Of a stretch of 64,000 bases of DNA, positions 27,501-35,164 are shown piece after piece. The translations under genes were made by a program, and so were the position numbers. Position 1 is the stretch's first letter. Every line of letters begins with the position of its first letter. Source of the DNA: Macrostomum hystrix (Eukaryota > Animalia > Platyhelminthes); the NCBI GenBank assembly GCA_950097015.1, contig CATNEN010000034.1, positions 5,456,001 to 5,520,000 of the forward strand, in the 5' to 3' direction. The notes beneath the pieces are model-generated. The model worked only from the letters and a program-made list of their open reading frames with translations. It was not told the origin of the DNA and ran no database searches.

Positions 27501-29504
27501 TAGCGAATTAGCGATGAATGCGACGAACCAATGAGAGCTCGCGACCTTGGAACACGTGTTCATTTAATGATCGAATAAGACTGTTAGCGAATTAGCGATG
27601 AATGCGACGAACCAATGAGAGCTCGCGACCTTGGAACACGTGTTCATTTAATGATCGAATAAGACTGTTAGCGAATTAGCGATAAATGCGACGGACCAAT
27701 GAGAGCTTGCGACCTTAAAGCATGCGCTGTTTGAATGATCAGTAACGAGTAGAAATCAATGTGAGAAACAAGCCTTCGTTTTAAAATACAGATTTCTATC
27801 CAATTCTATAGCCTCAGAAAATGTAATACATGTATTACCTTAATAACCTGACTTGGCAGCTGCTTCCAAACGTAGTCATAATCTGCCGAGCTACCATCGA
27901 ACCAGGTTAGCAACGTACCGTGGTCGTCAACAGTCACATTGAGTCCAAGCCAGACTGAAGCGTCAGTGTCCGGACTGACAATGCCCAGCTGGTCGGCCAG
28001 GGCGGAAATAAAAGCCTGTTCACCGCGATGATGAAACAATGCCAGAGTGGAGCCATTGCGACTGGCGCATTCGGCCAGAATCTCGGCTCTGGTGCCGTTG
28101 ACATGGGCGTCCAGAAGCCAGCAGGCGTCTTCGAATGCGTAGAATCCGAGAGCGCAGCGGTGGCCAGAGGCGTCTTGGTTAACTCCGATCGTCAAAGGAG
28201 CGGCACCTTTGATGTCCTTGCTGGCTGGCGCTTGACACAAAACGGACGGGAATCGGTCGGCACACGGAACATTGTTCCATTCGCCTGCAGAATTGGATCG
28301 ATAGAATCAGTATGAGTATAGACTATTCAGGATTCAATATAGAGAATAGAAATGCATCTAACTATCCCACTCCACAGGTGAAACTAATTGTTGCTATGCA
28401 GATCTAGGTAGCATCACACTCAAGGGATGGAAAGATTGTTGCTGTGCTGATTTGGATATTAATGCATTCCACAGGTAGAAAATTCATTGATATACGCTTT
28501 CAATACACCTTAATAAATAAGAAATCCTATTTTGAGAACTGCTGTTATGCAAGCATCATATTGAGTCAGCCAACCATACCTAAGCTGGCCTCTCGTTGGT
28601 GTGCCACTACGCAAGCCTCCTGTTCAAACGGCCTAGACGGTTCGTTACTCTTCCAAACGCTGTGGCGCATTTCAGTGTTATTATCATGCCAGGCCCAGTA
28701 CTTTCCGTCCTGATATTCCAATCCGATCCAGGTGTGGCCCAGGGCCTCGGCGCTAATCAAGGCCGTAGCGAGGAATTCAGTATTGAAATCGTTGACAACG
28801 GCTAGGCTTGCTTCTCTGGACCAATTCCGACAGGCGGCTAGAGCGCCATCGCGATTCCATCGAGCGTTAGCTAAGTCGGGCGAGTTCAGCACCTTATAGC
28901 ATAGGTTGCCATGCAGTGTGGCATTGAAACCAGGGCAGCGCAGTTGCTTATCTAATGGTACAGACGGTTGAAATGGTGACTCCAACGGCTGCCTGGCGCA
29001 TAGAGACAACTGCTTTTCTGAGCCGTCAATAAAACTCAGTTGAAGCTGCTGATTCTCGACAGTTAACTGTAGCGAGCCGTATTTGCCATTGAAGCGACTC
29101 AGTGCAGGGGTCATGCCTGGCAACTGGGACATGGACAGATCGGTATAGTCGGCATCTAGCCAGCGAAGTCCATTATTAACAACACTAGCTCCAGTCCAGA
29201 AGCTGATTGTACCGTTGTAATTCATCTTAGTCGCAGCTGCTATAAGCGTAGCGGTTAATTTTTGATTGAATCGACTATTGCGCAATAACACCAGCTTGCT
29301 ACCGTTGCCTAGCGACAGGCAATATTGCCTGGCTTTGGTAATATTTGAAGGTGTCTCGACAATGCGCACACAGTCGGTAGGACCAACGGCCAGCCATTCA
29401 GACGGGCAGGCCAATGGTGCTCCTAATGAGACGCCTTCAGCAAATGGCAGAGGCGTACAGGAAACGAGCAGGCCGGCTAGTAAACTCAAAAGCATTGTAG
29501 ACAT
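21583..29504 (-). CDS. Type I membrane receptor with 7 C-type lectin-like domains, a Ser/Thr-rich linker, a kringle-like domain, TM and NPxY tail; 4 exons, ~1361 aa
   Basis: Exons (minus) 29504-28580, 28284-27848 (an alternative donor 9 nt further is possible), 27310-25775, 22770-21583; total 4086 nt, phases match. Signal peptide MSTMLLSLLAGLLVSC. CTLD motifs (CPSEW, WIGL x3, VWLG x3, WSDG, EWNNVPC, C-terminal C-x7-8-C). Kringle pattern CARW...YCRN...VCF...DCRIPTC. TM VALAVVLALCSAAALAGLAVIGF. Tail FHNPIY. Confidence 0.92.
22855..24660. repeat. Minisatellite, 37-bp unit, ~48 copies (lectin receptor intron 3)
   Basis: GGACCATTGGG(T/A)AGGAG(T/A)AGGAAGAGGCCAGTTTCAA in tandem. Confidence 0.97.
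25215..25685. repeat. Minisatellite, 15-bp unit, ~31 copies (lectin receptor intron 3)
   Basis: ATGAC(A/G)GGTGAAAC(T/A/C) in tandem. Confidence 0.95.
27449..27720. repeat. Tandem repeat, 84-bp unit, ~3.3 copies (lectin receptor intron 2)
   Basis: GAGAGCT-starting units at 27449, 27533, 27617 and 27701; near-identical. Confidence 0.9.
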
Positions 29505-29580
29505 AGTTATGAAGAGAGAACAACAATCAAAGCAACAAGATAAACAAAAAGCAACAGAAATTATTCTCGATTAGACGCGA

Positions 29581-31203
29581 TTAGGCGAGATCCTCGTCGT
29601 CGAAGAGATCTCCAAAGTCTGAAACATGCAGTCGGACATAAGTAACTAATTGATTGAGCTGATACTTTTATTAACTAATAAGCTCGTAGGGATAAATAAA
29701 TCGCTATTGTAGATGGCAAATGCATACTATCAGAAGTACAAAGTCTAATCAATAAGCAAGAAAGGGAATATGATGATAAATAGGGGATTGAGATGGCTAA
29801 AAAGGGAATGAACCAGAGAAAAAAGTGCACTCTCTCTAGCAAACTGCGATTCGTCTAAAATTTAAAGCTCACCATTGTTAAAGTCAGAGTGGACAATTTT
29901 CTCACTGCTAGGATAGTCGAAAGCAAGGTTTCCACTGCGGCCACCGCTGACCTGTGTAAAGACAAAATAATTTTCAGTTAATTTGGAATATTAGAGCACT
30001 AAATTAATTGCTATTTATCTAATATTTTATAACTTGGTATATATTTAGTATTTTATTCAGTCGATTTAGGAAAAAGAGCAAGTCAAAAGTTTTATTTTAG
30101 ATCTAAAAAATCTGAAAATCATTCAATATTTAAATATGTAATAAATGTGTAGCTACATGATGCCTGAATATACTCTTTTTGCTAGCTATATTAGTAATTT
30201 GTGGTCTTGATCCTCTACTAATTAAAATACTGGTCTCTTGATAATCCACATTTTACTTTTGAGGTCAACAGTTCAAAGATGGCTGTGTTTTGCAACCCTA
30301 AAAAGAAAAAAGACAATCAAAGTTTGTAGGTTTAATTTAAATTAATTTTACAACAGCAGTTTAAAAAACTTTGTTATATGAAAAAAACAATAACTAATAA
30401 CCAACAAACAACTCCAACAAGCACTGAGATGTCATAGTAATGCACTCAGATAATGAAGTCCAGTGCCGCCTAGAAAAGAATATTGACAAAGGTGTTACCC
30501 TCCTGCTGTTTCTTTTCCCTTATTGGCTTTGGCTAGTGTCATACCCACACTGCCACATTTGGTTTTACCATTTTGGCTATAGACCTACATATCAATGAAC
30601 TGCCATCATTTTTGAAACTCAAATAAGTTAATTTAATAGTAACTTTTTAAAAATAATAATGTAACAAGTGACTGATGACTAGCTAGCTATTCCAATTTCT
30701 TAAACAGACAAGTCACTAGGCCCTAGAGGAAAGTCACAAGAAACAGAACAACTGATATTGAGATAGTAACCAATTCAAAATATACATTTTAAATTCAAAT
30801 AAAAGTCTTTTTTGTTTAAGCTGTATATAGGCCCTACTACATTTAGCCAAGCTAATATATAATTAAAAAACTTAGATTAAAAACCTAGTCCTTAGCAAGC
30901 TAGCATTGCCTAGCAATAGGCCCTACCTGTATGGCAATAGCTCAGGCAAGCTGGGTCTAGTGGATAAACTGAGATTTTTTACAAAAAGTAGGCAAACAAC
31001 AAATTTCCAGGTCTATTTAAAGCATTCTTGAGAAAGTTGTTAAAGTGGTATCCAAAATAGCTTAGGCGAAAACAAGTTGAAAAGCAAACTAAGCACATCA
31101 TTGTGATGGCTCAGGCTTGTTTGTGAAAGCCTACCTCTGCAGAGTTATCAATTTCGCCCATTGGATCATCAGGAAACATTTCATCAGTTGGCTTATTAGA
31201 CAT
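29581..31203 (-). CDS. COPS9: COP9 signalosome subunit 9 (CSNAP/MYEOV2-like) acidic microprotein; 3 exons, 61 aa
   Basis: Exons (minus) 31203-31135 (MSNKPTDEMFPDDPMGEIDNSAE, donor GTAGGC), 29951-29873 (VSGGRSGNLAFDYPSSEKIVHSDFNN, acceptor TTTTGTCTTTACACAG, donor GTGAGC), 29618-29581 (DFGDLFDDEDLA*, acceptor TGTTTCAG). The product carries the family hallmarks as I recall them from human CSNAP: N-terminal DEMFP and C-terminal EK-x-VH-x-DF-x-NDF-x-DLFDD. Not in the ORF track because every exon is under 30 codons. Confidence 0.92.
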
Positions 31204-32289
31204 TTTTTTCAAAGTAATTTTATATCAGTAAAAAGTCCCTAATTTTGTTAATATCGTTTTAGTAGGCCTAGGCTACGGATATCTGGTTAGCTGTAATGTG
31301 CCTAAAATTCAATAGGTTATATGCCTAACTGATGATGTGTTAGGGCTTAGGCTACAGCGTCTGCTGCTGTATATATTGTATTTTTTACAATAAGAGGAAT
31401 ATACTACTTTGCAAAGCAATATTAACGTAATTCAGTAGGTAATACACATTTATGACGAAAAAAACTCTTGTCAAAATTACTTTTTAATTTTTACTCTTGA
31501 AATTTCTTGAAATCAAATCGATGAGATAAAATTTTTGCATCCTGTTGGGTCGGCAAAGATTAACGAAGAAAGGACACGCACTTTATGTTGTATCAAGATT
31601 CTAGTAAAAAAATTGTATACCTTAAATATTTTTTATTCACGTTTATTTAATCCATTTTTAAGTACAATAATGCTTTGTTAAAAACTTTAAGTCGACGGAT
31701 TATCTGGCTAACATAATTCATTAGTAGCGTAAATTAACTGCTACTGAAAATATAATCTTGCTTGCTTGATTGGTTGTAATTTATTTTCTCCCGAACGGCT
31801 CAACCGATTTTCACAATTTCCTCACCAAAATATGTCAAATATAGGGACACATATCACATATGCACGTATTTTATTGAGCTTAACTTCGATCATTGCTAAG
31901 GGGATTAAATATTCGAAAAATGTTTTGGATAGGATTTTTAATGCATTCAATCAGAGCCAGTTTTATCAACGTGCGAACCACTGCCAATTTTAATGATTGC
32001 GCCAGGGCCTTCTTTTTTAAAGTGAGCACACTAACAAGAATTTCACTGTGCCAAATGTACATAGCTGTGTCTGGCGAGTGGCGAGATAGTCAGTGTGAAT
32101 TTATAAATATATTACATCACAGCTTGTCTCACACGTGTGTGTTTTATTTAAATAGGGGTACAATGTGTATAGCAGACTTCAATTCATCGATATATTGCTC
32201 AATACAAGCGAGACATCTACTCCTTTCTTACTACAACATAAATAAATCAGTAACCTTGTCTCAACTTCACTAAAAAGAGTGCAGTCGAA

Positions 32290-32548
32290 CAGTTTTCTAA
32301 ATGTGCCCAATAGTTTTCTAAATGTGTCTAACAGTTTACTAAATGTGCCCAACAGTTTACTAAATGTGTCCAACAGTTTTCTAAATGTGTCCAACAGTTT
32401 ACTAAATGTGCCCAACAGTTTTCTTAATTTGTCCAACAGTTTTCTTAATTTGTCCAACAGTTTTCTTACTTTGTCCAACAGTTTTATAAATGTGTTTAAC
32501 ATGCAGTTTTCTAAATGTATCCAACAGTTTTCTAAATCTGTCTAACAG
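32290..32548. repeat. Degenerate ~21-bp tandem repeat
   Basis: TGT(C/G)CAACAGTTT(T/A)CTAAATG-like units. Confidence 0.85.
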
Positions 32549-32870
32549 TTAGAGGTTGTAGCCTTGTAGTTAGAGCGTCAGACTCACGACTTGAAGGTCG
32601 GGGGTTCGATTCCTGACTCCACTGGAACAATTTGTGTCCTTTAGCAAGACACTTAACTCTGAATTGCTTCCGTTCACCCAGCTGTTAAATGGGTACCAGT
32701 ATTAGCTGGGATAATTGAAGGTGGGTGTGGCGTCCCCCTGCAAGTCCATGGACTGATCGGCCGTACGCAGCCTTCAGATGCGCCGCGCAATAGCTGCGGC
32801 TGTGCTGTCGGCTGCACAACCCTCCCCCATCGGACAGGCGTAATCAATTATTATATTATTATTATTAATT
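32545..32870 (+). mobile_element. tRNA-derived SINE with CORE-like central domain, family B
   Basis: A-box-like TAGCCTTGTAGTTAGAG, B-box GGTTCGATTCC, then TGTGTCCTTTAGCAAGACACTTAACTCTG...CAGCTGTTAAATGGGTACC resembling the CORE domain (TGTGACCTTGGGCAAGTCACTTAAC...CTGTAAAATGG), and a (TTA)n-like tail. Confidence 0.8.
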
Positions 32871-32929
32871 GTATAATTAATGACTAACAGTTACCACTCC
32901 GCGTCTAAAAGTTGTTTTAATGTGTTGTA

Positions 32930-33070
32930 CAGTTTCTAAGGAGTCTAGCAGTTTTCTAAGGAATTCTAGCAGTTTTCTAAAGAGTCTAGCAGTTTTCTAA
33001 GGAGTCTAGCAGTTTTCTAAGCAGTCTAGCAGTTTTCTAAGGAGTCTAGAAGTTTTCTAAATGTGTCTCA
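32930..33070. repeat. Tandem repeat, ~20-bp unit, ~6 copies
   Basis: GTCTAGCAGTTTTCTAAGGA in tandem; related to the 32290-32548 array, which the SINE separates from it. Confidence 0.8.
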
Positions 33071-33339
33071 CAGTGAAGGGCATTGGCTGCCTGCTGGGGG
33101 GTAGAATTGACTTTCTGCTAAAAGAGGAAATTTTTATTTGCTTAAGGGTGCCATTAATTGCCTGCTAACGGGTTGTCATTAGTTATCTGCTACTAAAGGG
33201 AGTCATAGGTTACCTTTTAAATGTGTCAATAATTCTTTGCAAAACGGAATTCATTTATTTGTTCTTTGCTTAAGGGAGAGATTGGTTGCCTGCTTATAGA
33301 CATTCGTTGCCTCCTGAGGGACATTCATTACCTGCAGAG

Positions 33340-33750
33340 GGACTTTGGCTATTTGCTACTGAGGGGACATTTTAGTCCTCTGCTGTTTGGGAGACATTGG
33401 TTCTCTGGTGCTGGGGAGAAATTGGTTCTCTGCTGCTGGGGGGGGACTTTGGTTATTTGCTACTGAGGGGACATTCGTTCTCTGCAGTTGAGGGGACATT
33501 GGTTCTCTGCTGCTGAGGGGACATTAGTTCTCTGCTGCTGAGGGGAAATTGGTTCTCTGCTGCTGGGGGGGACTTTGGTTATTTGCTACTGAGGGGACAT
33601 TCGTTCTCTGCAGTTGAGGGGACATTGGTTCTCTGCTGCTGAGGGGACATTAGTTCTCTGCTGCTGAGGGGACATTAGTTCTCTGCTGCTGGGGGGACAT
33701 TAGTTCTCTGCTGCTGGGGGGACATTAGTTCTCTGCTGCTGGGGGGACAT
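33340..33750. repeat. Minisatellite, ~25-26-bp unit, with a higher-order duplication
   Basis: CTGAGGGGACATT(A/G)GTTCTCTGCTG in tandem. Confidence 0.9.
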
Positions 33751-33751
33751 T

Positions 33752-33970
33752 ATGCAACGACAGCGAGCCGACATCATCTTCACCATCTGGCCGCAGCACC
33801 GCCAGATCTATGCTTTCACTCATAACAAAGAGAATAACTTTAAAGTGGTCGGCGCCAGAAAGCATCGCATGAGCCGCATGACGCCAGTTAAGATGACCTT
33901 TGACTGCGAGAAACAGTACATGTACGTCTTTTGGGCCGCGAAGAGGAGGACGAAGAGAGCATTTTTGTAA
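33752..33970 (+). CDS. Orphan 72-codon ORF or isolated exon; possibly a beta-propeller-like fragment
   Basis: Codon usage resembles neighbouring exons (GCC, ATC, CAG, CGC). TPVKMTFDCEKQYMYV loosely resembles an NHL/YWTD blade. AATAAA lies ~60 nt after the stop. No partner exons identified. Confidence 0.3.
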   Translation: MQRQRADIIFTIWPQHRQIYAFTHNKENNFKVVGARKHRMSRMTPVKMTFDCEKQYMYVFWAAKRRTKRAFL

Positions 33971-35164
33971 CGAAAATCTAATCATATACTTAAAGTTTTC
34001 GATTACTTCGAAAAATACTTCGAAACGAGTAAATAAAGATTTTAATTGTCCCTTTTGAAACAAAATAATGTGCCATTTTTTCTATTCATATTTCGATTGC
34101 TATTACTATACGCTCATATAAACTAAAAATGCTTGTCATGTTTTAGTAGCAATTAATTAGAACTAAACGAGTATTTGCTTTTTGTATCTTTATGAGCAAC
34201 ACTATACTATGTAGACAATCATGTAATTCTTGGCCTCGGTTTAGTTTTTTCCGTTATAGCATAAAACTGGCTAATGAAGGAAATCAGTCAGATCTGCACT
34301 TGAATCTAATAACCATTCGTTCACTCGTCTATATTAGTTGCTTCATAATTTTAGCTCGCCATTAAAAAATGACACGACCACCCGCACCCTGCTTTGGACT
34401 GCATTTGAAAGTCAATATGCTTGCGATCTGGTGACATTTGCCGCCTTAATCTTCGACCCTCGCCCAGATTGCGTCGCACAAATTCTGTTGCGCTGTTAGT
34501 TTAAAATTATTTTTTTTAAATTTATCTATCGTATATCAATTATTTATGGTCATGGAGGGCCTGTTGACTTACACAGAGCGTTTAACTGGAACTTTCAATG
34601 GGTTCAGCACACTGCCTTAAAGACCTGCCAGCACCGTGCACAGTTCTACAGCGAACAGAAACGTGCAATGGTGCACACACCCCTGCGGGCTGCTTTTGCT
34701 TAACTGGCTTTTCTATAAATTGTCGAACTGTGGCTGCGCACTAGCTGAGATTTTGTGCAGCTGGTTTGCACGCAGTCTAACCCTTACTCAACGGCATGGC
34801 CTCTTCTCTGACTCAGCTACGAACTAAACGCGTCCACTTTAACAGAGTTGTTTAGCTTTTAGTACTTATGCTCGATATTCTATATAATTATTCTTGTGTA
34901 ATATAGCTTAATTGTTGTGAGTTATAATTCACTGACGAATTTAAAGCCAAAATAATATTGCAACTCGTACTGCTTCAGGTGATTCGCAGCTAGCTAAGTG
35001 GTTCGATATATTTTTCGTTTCTTGGAAGGTTTAATGTATTGCAAGGTAAATATTGTTCCTTTAAGTTCCAAGATCTACCTGTATAGAGGTAAGTTGGTTT
35101 TAATTGTCAAACTTCACAGAGTTATCTCAAACCCTGTCCCAGATCGTGGCCAGTCCATTTAACA

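Noticed and set aside
31150-31190. Hammerhead-ribozyme-like CTGATGA...CGAAA on the minus strand
   Set aside because: Stem II closing pair is mismatched, no stems I/III are evident, and the sequence is explained as COPS9 codons (PDDPMGE).
31765-31860. Helentron/HINE-like subterminal motif (CCCGAACGGCTCAACCGATTTT)
   Set aside because: Only a short resemblance; no partner inverted repeat or 3' hairpin identified.
32545-32625. tRNA gene (also 1820-1888, 60456-60525)
   Set aside because: A/B boxes are present but I cannot build a full cloverleaf with acceptor stem; each continues into a shared SINE body.
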